A DNA stretch of 64,000 bases. Source: Tricharina praecox. Taxonomy: Eukaryota. The stretch's first letter is position 1; every line of letters starts with the position of its first letter. Below, piece by piece: positions 1-15,333 of the stretch. The DNA is taken from the NCBI RefSeq assembly GCF_024521635.1, contig NW_026250404.1, positions 124,001 through 188,000 of the forward strand, read 5' to 3'. The translations under genes and the position numbers were made by a program. The notes below the pieces were generated by a model, which saw only the letters and a list, made by a program, of their open reading frames with translations, was not told where the DNA came from and made no database searches.

Positions 1-1692
1 TTTGGGTGTTGAGTGTTTGAGAGGCTCCGGATTGATTGCCGGTGCTACCAGTCGCGCATACGAGGATATTTTCACCATCACTCTCGTCACCTGTCGATCC
101 GTCGGTATCGGTGCTTACCTGGTGCGCCTGGGACAACGTGCAATCCAGATCGAGGGCCAGCCTATCGTGAGTATTCCAAGCCTTGCATTCCGTGAAACAT
201 TCTAACTTACTTGCAGATTCTTACCGGCGCTCCCGCCATCAACAAGCTCTTGGGACGTGAGGTCTACACTTCGAACCTCCAGCTTGGAGGCACGCAGATC
301 ATGTACAAGAACGGTGTCTCGCATCTGACCGCTACCGATGATTACGAGGGAGTGCAGAAGATTATCGAGTGGATGTCGTACGTGCCAGAGCGCAAGGGTG
401 CTCCGATCCCCGTTTCGCCATCTGTTGATACTTGGGACCGGGACATCACTTTCGTGCCACCCGGCAAGAACCCATACGACGTTAGATGGCTCATTGCCGG
501 TAAGGAGGATGAGGACGGCTTCCAGTCTGGATTCTTCGATCGAGATTCCTTCCAGGAGACTCTTAGCGGATGGGCAAAGACTGTTGTTGTCGGTCGTGCT
601 CGTCTGCACGGTATCCCCGTCGGTGTCATCGCCGTCGAGACCCGGTCGGTGGAGAACGTCACGCCTGCGGATCCTGCCAACCCTGACTCCACTGAGATGG
701 TTACCCAGGAAGCCGGTCAGGTTTGGTACCCCAACTCGGCCTTCAAGACTGCTCAGGCCATCAACGACTTCAACCACGGTGAACAGCTTCCGTTGTTCAT
801 CTTCGCCAACTGGCGTGGATTCTCCGGTGGCCAGCGCGACATGTACAACGAGGTCCTCAAGTACGGTTCTTACATCGTCGATGCCCTGGTCAAGTACGAG
901 CAGCCCATCTTCGTTTACATCCCGCCTTTCGGAGAGCTCCGTGGAGGATCCTGGGTTGTGGTCGACCCCACCATCAACGAGAACATGATGGAGATGTACG
1001 CGGACGAGGAGTCCCGTGCCGGTGTTCTGGAGCCCGAGGGTATCGTGGGTATCAAGTTCCGTCGCGAGAAACAGCTGGATACGATGGCACGTCTTGACGC
1101 CACCTACGGCGAACTTCGCCGCCGCGCCGCCAGCAAGGACTTGTCTCCTGAGGAACAGGCTGAGATCAAGACCAAAATGACCGACCGCGAGAACCTTCTC
1201 CTGCCTGTCTACAGCCAGGTGTCGCTTCAATTCGCTGACCTCCACGACCGTGCTGGCCGCATGCAAGCCAAGGGCGCCATCCGCATGCCTCTGCAATGGC
1301 AGCAGGCCCGTCGCTTCTTCTACTGGCGTCTCCGCCGTCGTCTCAACGAGGAGCTCTTCCTCCGCAAGATGGCCGCTGCAGACAAGGTCTCGGTCCGCGC
1401 CGAGAACCTCGCACGCCTCAGGAGCCTTGTTGTGTCGGACGAGAACTCGACCATCTTCGATGAGGACGACCGTCTCGTTGCCATGTGGTACGAGGACAAC
1501 ATGAAGGACGTCCTGATCAAGATTGAGGGTCTCAAGCAGGATGGAATTGCTGCGCAGGTGGCCGCGCTCATCTCGGACCATGGAAAGTCTGCGCTCAAGG
1601 GTGTGGCTATGGCTTTGGCCGGTATGAGCCCTGAGATCAAGGCTATGGCGCTTAAGGCTCTTGGTGGTGCGTCGGGGGAGAAGGATGCGTAG
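1..1692 (+). CDS. ACC1: Acetyl-CoA carboxylase, C-terminal carboxyltransferase part (5' truncated by window edge); intron 167-216
   Basis: [60 protein letters not shown] and [10 protein letters not shown] are CT-domain motifs. GTGAGT donor, CTAAC branch, CAG acceptor. Confidence 0.98.
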
Positions 1693-2230
1693 ACGTTTTC
1701 TGTGGGGACTTGTAGTTTGAGGGGGAGGGGGTCAAATGGAAATGGATATGGAAAAGGGGAGGGGGGCGTTTTGTTTTGCGTGGATTTTTTCTTCTTATTT
1801 TCCTTGCTGTTTGTTCATTTCATTTTCATTTCGAGTTTCATGTGTCATGTGTGGTGGTTGGCTACTTGCTTTCGTTTCGTTTTTTGCTTACCGTATTTAC
1901 TCTACTCTATTGGTGGGTGCTGAATAAATTCTCATGGTTGGTTTGCGTATAATTGCAGCTTGTGACTGTGTGGTCCATCTGTGTGGCATAGCTCCCCGGG
2001 TGGCCAGCCAATTCAGCAAATTCAGCCGGTGGGTTGCGCAAGAGTGACAGTCCATGTCAAATTCATTACTCCTCTCCTCTCTCTCCTCTCTCCAAGGACC
2101 CCGTATCCAGAATGAAAGAAAGAGCCCGAAACGAAACAGTGTACATCAAGAATCAAGAGTCAAGAAATCAAGAAACCAAAAGAAAATGAGACGCGCAAGA
2201 AAAAATCCATCCAACCATCGATCATAAACC

Positions 2231-2236
2231 TCCCCC

Positions 2237-2267
<31 letters not shown>

Positions 2268-2278
2268 CTCCCCCCCCC
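2231..2278. repeat. Poly-C/poly-G homopolymer tract downstream of SMC3
   Basis: Long, nearly pure C run visible in the sequence. Confidence 0.9.
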
Positions 2279-2331
2279 GGAAGTACTACCACAACCCCCA
2301 CCACCAATAGTATCTACCTGTTACCTACCTG

Positions 2332-6195
<3,864 letters not shown>

Positions 6196-6354
6196 GATGG
6201 GTATGTATTGCGGCCGCTGGACTGGTCCCACCGGGTGGGGTGCGTGCGTACGGAGCTCTGGCGCTGGTAATGGCGGTAGACGATTGAGCGGTGGCGGCGG
6301 TCGTGCGGTGCGTCGTCGTGGATGTTTGGGTTTTCGTTTTCGGGATGGTGTAAG

Positions 6355-6360
6355 ACGCGT
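6355..6360. promoter_or_regulatory. MCB-like element (ACGCGT) about 160 bp upstream of the SMC3 start; a second CGCGT core lies near 6375
   Basis: Exact ACGCGT; fungal cohesin genes are typical G1/S MBF targets. A 6-mer can occur by chance. Confidence 0.45.
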
Positions 6361-6742
6361 GGAATCGCAACGGGCGCGTCGGGAATGCTAGTCATGCCTT
6401 TCATTCGTTCACGGCTCAGGGCAAGGGACTGTGGCGCGGCTGTGGCTAAACATGTGGCGAGACAAAATTCATGACCCGAAACCCGATAAGTAAATTTGAT
6501 GGTTCAAAATTACCACTGCTACATGACCTCCACAGAGAGATGGAAATAAGAACGGACGGAACCCAATTGTCGCAAACGCCCGCCAAAGTGCACGCATCTA
6601 TACAGTGAAGTGCCAGCCCAACCCAACCCTACCGAATGAATCCACGCTCCGCCATACGACTCACCAACCGCATGCAACTTTATAACTAACTAGACCCCTC
6701 CGACTTCTCCTACGACTTGTCTTCTACTCTCAGTATTGATAT

Positions 6743-7724
6743 TTACTGAGTCTTGCGCACAATGGGCGACCCCATCTTCTGAATCTCCTTCAGCATCGCC
6801 TCTCGGGTGGAAGTAGTGACTCGCTCGACATCATCCATTGTCAGGTTATCCGTTTGGATAGGCTCCATGACCTGTCGCACACTGTATCAGCAGCCATCGA
6901 TCTACCCCTCCACTTCTCGTCGACACATACCTTCACCCTGATAGTACCCGGCTCAAACGTCCTATCCTGCAGATGCAGCACGTGGGAGTAGTTCTGGACG
7001 ACAACGGGGACGACCGGCACACCGGCCTGGACCGCCAGATGGAATGCGCCCTTCTTAAACGGTAGTAGATCGGGCTTGCCGAAGTACGACCGGGTGCCCT
7101 CGGGAAAGATCCAGACGCTCTGCTTGTTCCCCTTGATCTCGTTCACGGCGCTGTCGAACGCCGCGATGGCAGTTTTCCTATTGCCTCGGTCGATGAAGAC
7201 AGTTCCGCTCAGGGCCACTGTCGCGGGTGCGCATAAGCATCTCTCACATGTCATGTCACGTCTCACAGACCCCGAAACCTCGGAGGAGGAGGAGAAGGAG
7301 GAAACCTACTGAACCAGCCGAGGAACGGCACGAACTTCAGGCTCCTCTTCGCGGTGACGGAGCAGTGTTTTGGGAACGCCCTGCCAAGGAACAAGATATC
7401 GAGTTCACTCTGGTGATTACTGACGAAGACGGCGGGCCTAGTGTTCAGGTGCTCCTCGCCCTCGACGTCAAACTCAATGCCCATGATCGGACAGCCCAGG
7501 TTCTTCATCGCGCGCGCGGTGGTCCACTGGGCGATCGAGACCCGTCCGACGGCACGCAAGGCGAGCGACGCTACGACGCCGTAGGTCGCACATGTGAGAA
7601 GCAGCACGTAGCACGTGAGAATGCGCGCGTAGAAGCGGCAGCTCTTGAAGAATCGCCCGAGCAACGAGAGAACCATGATGAGGCCGAGGATGCTCGAGGG
7701 GATGGTGGTGAGAAGGCTGTACAT
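6743..7724 (-). CDS. SLC1: 1-acyl-sn-glycerol-3-phosphate acyltransferase; introns 7218-7309 and about 6872-6930
   Basis: NHQSELD (HX4D), F|MALSGTVFIDR, FPEGTRS and PFKKGAF motifs; N-terminal TM segments. Confidence 0.95.
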
Positions 7725-8723
7725 AGAGCGCGGGCGGGTGGGGGGGTGGTGGTGTTGGTGTAGATACTACTAGTGGTGGTGGGCGTGGTCGTGATCGTGG
7801 TGGGTGGGTGGGTGGCTAAGGAGAAAGATGCAATGCCATGTGAGAACACACGGAAATTTCGTTTGTTCCTGCGGTGGTGGTGGTGGTAGTAGCGGCGATG
7901 CTGGTGGAGGGATTCGCTCGTTGGTTTGTTCGGTTTGGACGTCGCTCGTGGCCGCAAGGGTTGGACGCGGACCGGAAAAGAAAAAGTCTTGAAAGCGAAA
8001 CGACGGCGGATTTTATCCAGGGCAAGCTGCTGGTGTCACCGGACTACTCCTATGGCGTGGGCGAGGGTGGTGATGTTTGTTGGCACGTGGAACGTGTGCG
8101 TTCGGTTCTGCATGCCGACCGAGCTTTTCCGGCGTAGATGTCGTACTGTGCTGAAATCACGGTTCATCACTCAGGGCGACAATCCTTACCCTGGTATATG
8201 GTACAGCGTAAGTTCATGTCGCTGTATGCGACAAATTGATTCTCTCTCCCTCCCTTTCGTGGGTTCATCTCTCATCATAGTCCAACAAGGCCGTATGTGA
8301 CAACATACATATCTCTCTCCCACAGGTTCATCTCCACAAACAGTTCCATAAACGCTAACTTGCCTTCGACGATAATGAACACCTTGCTCTTCGACGGCTG
8401 CGTGCTTCCTGCAAGACGGGAGGGAAGATGCCGAGAGTAGAAATTGATCAAGTGCGATCGCAGCTATCACATGCCGCCGCACGAAGTTGGGTTGATGCTG
8501 GTCTGCCGGGAAAACTCCGAGAGCGACGAAAGTCGACAGAGGCGTTGTGCCTTGGTCAGGCGGCTGAATGAAGCTGCACATGACGGCTGGATCCGTGTTT
8601 GTGATGAGTGACAGTGAACAGGCAGACCTCTATTTTGCAAATCTATACCCTCTACCGGTACTCTAGAGTGATCATGATCCAGATCAAGACTAACCCCAAA
8701 ACCAACCTAGCTTGTAGGTACCT

Positions 8724-9664
8724 TTAGACCTCGCCTCCAAGCTTCTCCCGCTTCACCAGGTCCTCAACGACCCTCTCAAGCCACCACCGATGCATTCTCG
8801 CATCAGCCCTCAGCTCGGGATGGAAACTGGTACCGACCACATTCCCCTGCCTAACGGCGACAACCCTGGCATCGCCACTACTCCTCTCCCTCTCCCTCTC
8901 ATGATCCACGCCGCTCTTCAGCCCTACCGCATCCTCCTCACTGAACGGCCTATCCATCTGATCCAGGCCCTCCTTTGGCAGGGTACCCCTCCTCAACTCC
9001 GCGAGGATCTGCACGACCCCATCCTGCGTAAACTCCCTCTCGATATCCCCCCTGGGCTGCAAACTCGGGGCATGGACCTGTTCCTCACCCTGTTTCGGCG
9101 TATGCGGCAGGACGGCCTCGACGACGGGGGCACGGATGAACACGCCCATGAACGGGGGCTCGTCCGGGCCCAAAAACTCCAGCCTAAGCGGCTCGGTAAA
9201 GCTCTCCACCTGCCTCCCAAAGTGGTTTCTATTGACGCGCACGTCGAGTCCTCCAATGAGCTCCTGGCCGCCGGCCTTAGTGCGGTTCGCAGACTCCGAC
9301 AGTAGGATCATGCCCGCGCAGGTGCCCCACGTTGGCCGCCGCGAGACTTTGACGAACTCCCGGAGTGGCGAGAGCAGCCCGCTGCGCTCCGCGATCAAGG
9401 CCATCGTTGTCGACTCGCCGCCGGGGATGATGAGGGCGCTGCAGGAAGCGAGCTGCAAGGGCGTCTTGACCAGGAGGAAGCTGAATGTGTACGGACTGTT
9501 GGGGAGCCCAGACGAGGCTTTGCGGAGCAGCTGGACGTGCTCGTCGAATGCGCCCTGCAGCGCTGCGGCGTGTGAGTCATGGTAGTTGGACAAGTGCTGT
9601 GATCAGAGGACGTACCGAGGACGCCTACGACTGCCGTCTTCTTCTGCGGTGTTGTTCCGTTCAT
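8724..9664 (-). CDS. SNO1: PLP synthase glutaminase subunit (SNO1/PDX2); intron 9563-9615
   Basis: VGVL|ALQGAFDEH, IIPGGESTT, WGTCAGMI, FIRAP and SFHPEL motifs. Confidence 0.95.
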
Positions 9665-9980
9665 GGCGATCTATTTTGCGGGAGTGTTGGAAGCAAGTGG
9701 GACCCAAAGAAACTGTGGACGTTAATATACTAGTGATCCGTGGCGGGGATGGAGGGGCAATTGTTTTTCCGGAGATAGCCGCATACATAAATTCAAGACT
9801 CTTGGCGACAGCTATGGTGAATTGCACAACCGACGTCATGCATTCCGTTAGCCAGCATGATTACCACGGAACGACGATGATCATCTCGGAGAAGCGAGCA
9901 AAGTGGATTTGCATATACAAACTTCCAGAACACTTCGAAGCAAAAAAAAATACACAGTTCTGGCGGGTGGGATGATGGGA

Positions 9981-10870
9981 TCACAGCATTCCCTCCCTCC
10001 AGACCCTCTGCGCAAGCGTCTGAATAGCATCCACATCCACGGGTCCACTGACACTCTCATCCTCGAGCGCCTTGACCGCCGCGCCCGCCACATCATCCAC
10101 GGCGAGCGGCTTATACCCCGCGGCGCCCAGGCCCGGCAACTTCCTCCCAAACAATCCATTGACCGCACTCACGACGCCGAGGATGCCCGCAAGCGGAACC
10201 GTGATCGCGCGTGACGAATCGTAGAGAAACGACGGCCTTAGGAAGATGGTGCGCATGTTATCCTTCGCGCCGATCCGCTCAATGATCGACTCTGCCTCCC
10301 GCTTCGTCGTTATGTACCGCGCCGGCAGTGTAGCGAACGAGTCGATGGCCGAGACGTACAGGAACGATTTCGCTTTCGCCTTGACGGCTTCTTCGGCCAG
10401 AGTCACCGCTGCACACACACACACCCTGTCAATGCCATCCCCGCCGCAGCTGCAGAGCACAAACCCGTGTCCCTATTCATAGTCTCATAGCTCAACGCGG
10501 CATGTCCGGCGCGCACCGTATTCTCCGGCCCGCCGCGGGTAGAATCGAACGCCTTCTTGAGCCCGGCCACCAGCGGCTCCTTCCCCGTCAGCACGCCCTT
10601 GTAGTCCGCCTCCAGCAGGATCCCCATCGAGTGCACGACCGCGTCCACGTCCTTCAAAGCCGCCTGGTACGTCCCCGGGTTCATAACGTCGCCCTTGGTC
10701 CAGTTCACGTTTTTGGCCCACGAGGGAGGTGTGGCCTTGTCCCAGGCGGGCTCGCCGGAGCGCGAGAGCGAGGTTACGCGCCAGTTGCGTGAGGAGGCGA
10801 GTTTGCAGATCCGGCTTCCAAGGAAGCCGGAGCCGCCGCAGACGAGGAGCGTGCGTGGTGGTGTGGGCAT
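9981..10870 (-). CDS. COQ11: Atypical SDR / NAD-dependent epimerase, COQ11 (YLR290C)-like; intron about 10409-10464
   Basis: LLVCGGSGFLGSRIC Rossmann motif, VHSMGILLEADYKG, YETMNRD, YITTKREAE, LRPSFLYD. Confidence 0.8.
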
Positions 10871-11388
10871 TGTGTGGGTGTGTGGGTGCGAGGTGTGGGG
10901 TGTTGAGAGCGCGAGGGAGGATTGGCGGGTGTGGGGTTTTGTAGTGCTAGCGACTGTGATCAACTGCGATGCAGGCGGAGTTTGAGTGGGGTGATATCAT
11001 CGATCACCAGCGGTCATCGGCTTGGCAGGGTCCCCGATGTGTTGCAGTAGGAGCATGTACCTCATGGTAGGTGTCGTACATAGCACGAGGTAAGACATGC
11101 ACAGCGGTTGAACTTCAGCCCGGCGGAACTAAGTAGAAGTGTATGTACTCCAATCGATGATTCAGTCCTATCCACAGAACCTGCAGTATTCAAGGCAGGC
11201 CGTCTCGAGCGAAGTTACAAACAAGCGAAAGAAACCACAGATCCCAACCATTACGCCTTCAGGAAAGTCCAATGCCAGTCGCCACGATCGATGTGTGCGG
11301 GTACGGCAAAGGCAAGCCCAGAAATAGAACATCAAATCAAAAAGCAAGACAATGAGCAAACAAAACCCGTTGTCGTCGTCGACACCCT

Positions 11389-12281
11389 CTAGATCATGGT
11401 GCCCCTCTCGAACGAATCTCTGATCTCCTTGGTGTACTTGCCGTACGCCCTCGCCAGCTTCTGGTTGAACGCCTTGTTCTTGTCGTTGATGTATGTGACG
11501 TCTTCGTCCTCTCCACCGCGCTTCCGACTCATCCTGGCGTCCTCGGCCTTCTTAAGATCCGACACCAACCGGTCCACGGCCTCCTTCTTCGGCCTGTTAT
11601 CGACGAAGCCCAGACTGTCGGCGTCCGCATAGAATGTGCCATCACGATCGACAACCACCAACTCGCCATCCTCCGTCTCCACCACGGTCCCATCCTTCAT
11701 CAACTTCGCCTTCTCGGCGCCATATCCGTCCAGGTCCGGCTTCAGCTCCCTCATCTGCTTCTTGTACATCTTCCTGGCCGTCTGGGTATAGTCCTGGAAA
11801 GCGACATCCTCGACATGGCGCTTCTTCTTCTCCATGCGCCGATCCCAGCGTTCCGACTCCTCGACAGTCCAGTCCCATGCCCGCTTGCGTTCAAAGTCCT
11901 CGCCCTGCTCCGCCGTCTCCACCTTCGCCAGCTTAAACTCCGCCTCGGCCTTTTTACGCTGCAGCTTCGATGTAGTGGACGGGTCGACCGCCTGGCGGCG
12001 CCGCTCGGCATACACTTCTTTCAGGTTTGTGGCGGACGATTTTTTCTATCGGTTTTTTGTCAGTCGAGAGTGCACCGGACGGAAGGGAGGGTGGGCGTGC
12101 TTACGGCTCGGCTTTGAAGCGCTTTCCAGCGGTCCATTCGCGCTTTGGCGGCATCGGTGCCGGTGCTGGCGCTGCTGCTGGACGGGATGGGCTCGGGGGT
12201 GTTGGAGGTGGAGGTGGCGCGTGTCGCGGGCGCTGATGAGGCCTCGGGCGCAGGCGAGGTTGAGGTCTCGCTGGGTGGCAT
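11389..12281 (-). CDS. SYF2: Pre-mRNA splicing factor SYF2; one intron about 12025-12103
   Basis: ARMDRWKAL, ERKRAWDWTVEESERWD, DVTYINDKNKAFNQKLARAYGKYTKEIRDSFERGT. Confidence 0.93.
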
Positions 12282-12682
12282 GGTCGTGATTATGGGCTAT
12301 GTGGTCTAATAAGATGGATAGGAACGGCGGCAGCGGTGGTAGAATGGGGGTGTTGGTGGTGTTGGTGGTGTTGGTGATGGTTGTGAGTTTGTGTAGTAGT
12401 CGTGTCGGTCGGTGATGGTAAGCGAAACAGCTTGGAAGGAGTTGCCAACATTCCTGGAAAACGCGTGCACGTGATTAAGCGAGCGCAACTCGACTTGAGT
12501 GATGGTTCTACATACAATTTTCCGCCTGACACACTCATTCACCGTGACTCCACCAACTCACGTCGCGACACCCACCTGCATACCTACCTCATACTTGGAT
12601 TAGCTCAAGAAACACACTCTCACTCCGACTTGCCCTTCCTCTGTCCATCACTCGTCCCCGCCGCCACCACCAGAACTTTAAC

Positions 12683-13533
12683 ATGCCACCTTCAAACACT
12701 AAGCGCGTCAAGGTACCAACCACACGATCCAACCAACACGTCCGGGTTCGCATTTCTTTTGTCTATTCAAACAATCATAAGTTCTCACTTTTTACCATCG
12801 ACTGGTGCGGCGAGTTCTAGGGAATCAGTATCTACCGTCCGATCGTCTACGGCAACATCGCGATCCCGATCGATCCCAATGACCGCCCGCGCGGCATGCC
12901 GGTGGACCACACCCACCAGTGGACCATCTGCGTCAAGGGCGTCGACGGCGCCGACATCACGCACTTCATCAAGAAGGTCCAGTTCCGGCTTCACGCCGAT
13001 ACCTATCCGAATGCGTTACGCTGTATGTCGCCCCCGCTCGCTGCCCGGCCGCGATCGATGGTACGTACTGACGGTGTGGGATAGCGTTCGAGCAGCCCCC
13101 CTTCGAGGTCTCCGAGAGCGGCTGGGGTGAATTCGAAATCCAGATCAAGCTCTTCTTTCACCCCGAGAGCAACGAGAAGCCGTTGACGCTGTTCCACTAT
13201 CTCAAGCTCCACCCGTACATCGGCGATCCCGAGGAGCTCGAGCTCGCGCGCCAGCAGCGCAGGCCCGTCATGAGCTATCTCTACGACGAGCTGGTCTTCA
13301 ACGAACCGACTGAGGCGATGTTTGAAATCCTTACTACTAAGGGCACCGTTAAGCTCCCGTCGAAGAATAAGGCGAAGGGACGCGGGGAGTTCGTGGCTGA
13401 GACGGAACAGGTCGAGTTGGATCGGCTGAGCGAGGGATTGAGGACTGTGCAGAAACATATCGAGGAGGCGAAGAACAAGCTTGCTGCGAAAGAGGAGGAG
13501 ATCAAGGAGATGAAGAAGTTGCTGGACAAATGA
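12683..13533 (+). CDS. YAF9: YEATS-domain NuA4/SWR1 subunit YAF9; two introns (about 12713-12820 and 13023-13084)
   Basis: MPPSNTKRVK|GISIYRPIVYGN, HTHQWT, KKVQFRLH, PFEVSESGWGEF, YDELVFNEP; C-terminal coiled coil. Confidence 0.95.
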
Positions 13534-13672
13534 TTGCGATTGTGATTTATTGGGGGCGTTTGGCGCATTGGTATTGGGATTTGTTTCAAGGCATCTTTGT
13601 TTACTATACCGATAATATCTATACTCCGACTGATATCTTACAACCCCAGCCCCCTCCCCACCGAACAAGAGC

Positions 13673-14080
13673 TCACTCAATCTTGGTCTTCAGCTGCACT
13701 CCATGCCACCCCTTGATCTCCTCCGCGAGCACTTCATTAACCATTCTGTGCTGCTTCATCATGTTCAATCCCTTGAACCGCTGCGACGCGATCTCAATCG
13801 CATACATCGATCCGCATCCGCCCGAGACATCATGTACCTGCCCACCATCAGCCCAGCCCAGCGCAGTCCAGCGCAGTCGCCCCTCCGCAAGCCAAAGCAC
13901 ATAACATACCTCCAGCCTCGACGGCTCCAACGCCTCGGTGAGTTTCTTGAAGACGTGTAGCTCGCGCTCGTCGAGCTCCGCCGGGGGCTGCAGTTGCGGG
14001 TACGAGGCGAAAACGGTGCGGCTGAGGGTTCGGACTTGCTGCGCCCGCGGGAACAATAGGCGGAGGCGGGTGGACAGCAT
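13673..14080 (-). CDS. Mitochondrial BolA-family protein (Bol3/Aim1-like); intron about 13838-13909
   Basis: Arg/Ser/Leu-rich presequence, V(H)DVSGGCGSMYAIEIAS..FKGLNMMKQHRMVNEVL..HGVQLKT. Confidence 0.9.
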   Translation of the reverse strand: MLSTRLRLLFPRAQQVRTLSRTVFASYPQLQPPAELDERELHVFKKLTEALEPSRLEVCYVLWLAEGRLRWTALGWADGGQVHDVSGGCGSMYAIEIASQRFKGLNMMKQHRMVNEVLAEEIKGWHGVQLKTKIE

Positions 14081-15333
14081 CGTGGGGTATTTTTTTGGTT
14101 TTGGTTTTTGGTTTGGGGTGAGGAATGAACCGAACCGCACGGGGATTGCCGAGATGCAGGCTTGTGATGCAGTTACGGCGGGGTTGTGTACACTGTGTGT
14201 GTGTGATGCTCTGGGCGTAAGGCTTGGCGTCACGGGGATGAATGCGCGGGTGTGAGATCTCAGATGGAGGCGATCGAAGAGATTTGTCGGGACTCTTCAC
14301 TCAAAAGTCCCTTGTATCATGTGAACCCTAGTGTTTGGTCCTTTGCTGTTGCGAATCCGGCCCGACGTCGCAACTTGGCGTAAGATCAGTCTTCCCGGAA
14401 CCTCGAGTGATCTGGATTGATTGTCGCGATGACGGCGGGAGAGGGCAGGGAGCTCCTTTACGGAATAGTTGGCGGACACTTCCGATTCTTTTCGCTATCT
14501 ACTCGTGTGCTGCTCTACTCTTTGTTCACGGATTTCCCGACATCTCTGATGTGGCCTTTGTTCCTCCACATTTGGTTGCCCTCGCAACGGAGCGGCGGTT
14601 AGGTTTAGTAAGGATGGCGGTTAGGGGGAAAGGGCGAAGACAGAGGGAAACAGGCACCAAAACAACTGAGCATATCGTTATCTAATTGAAAGTTGAAGAG
14701 GGAAAGGCAGCGAAGAAGAGAGCAAAAGAGACGGTAATACTCGCCCGAAACATCATCACCACTGTACACTCGGATCAATAATATTAGGGCTATCACGGTC
14801 GTTCGTCACTCGGGATCTTTTCTGTTTCTGAGAACTGTGCTGCTGTGGTTCTTCACCTTCTCGCCGCCACCACCTCCACCACCGCTACACATCACAACCA
14901 CACAACCACACACATCACCTTCACTACTACCTCCACCACAACTTCCTCCACCACTTCCTCCCACCTTTCCAACCTCCTCCTCCGCGACCGCGAACCTCTC
15001 ACCTCCGCCATACCATCTGCTGAGTATTCTTTTCCAGCTTCGCAACTTCAAACAACCACATCCACCGCCCTCCGACAACCCCGACCGAACTCAACGCTGG
15101 ATCTATTCTCTAACCTTCTGTCTCCCCTGCGCTCCGCACGACCACACTCCCTTGCCAGCAACCCGCCTCTCCCTTCGAATCTCGGCGCGCCCCATGGTCT
15201 TCATCGCTTTAGTCGACTAAGGAACTCGCTTCGTCAAGCTTCGAAGAATCGCGAATCAAAACAACACCCTTGCCCGTCACCTGCGCAGAGCCGCACCACC
15301 ACTGCGTCCTCCACCAACACCACCACCGCAGAA

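Noticed and set aside
202..1581. 459-aa antisense ORF, and similar shadows over SMC3 and other genes
   Set aside because: Expected from GC3-rich codon bias on the opposite strand; no protein motifs
14845..15333. Long N-terminal extension of CDC27 in the ORF track
   Set aside because: Low-complexity CA-rich 5' UTR-like sequence; recognisable homology starts after ATG 15334
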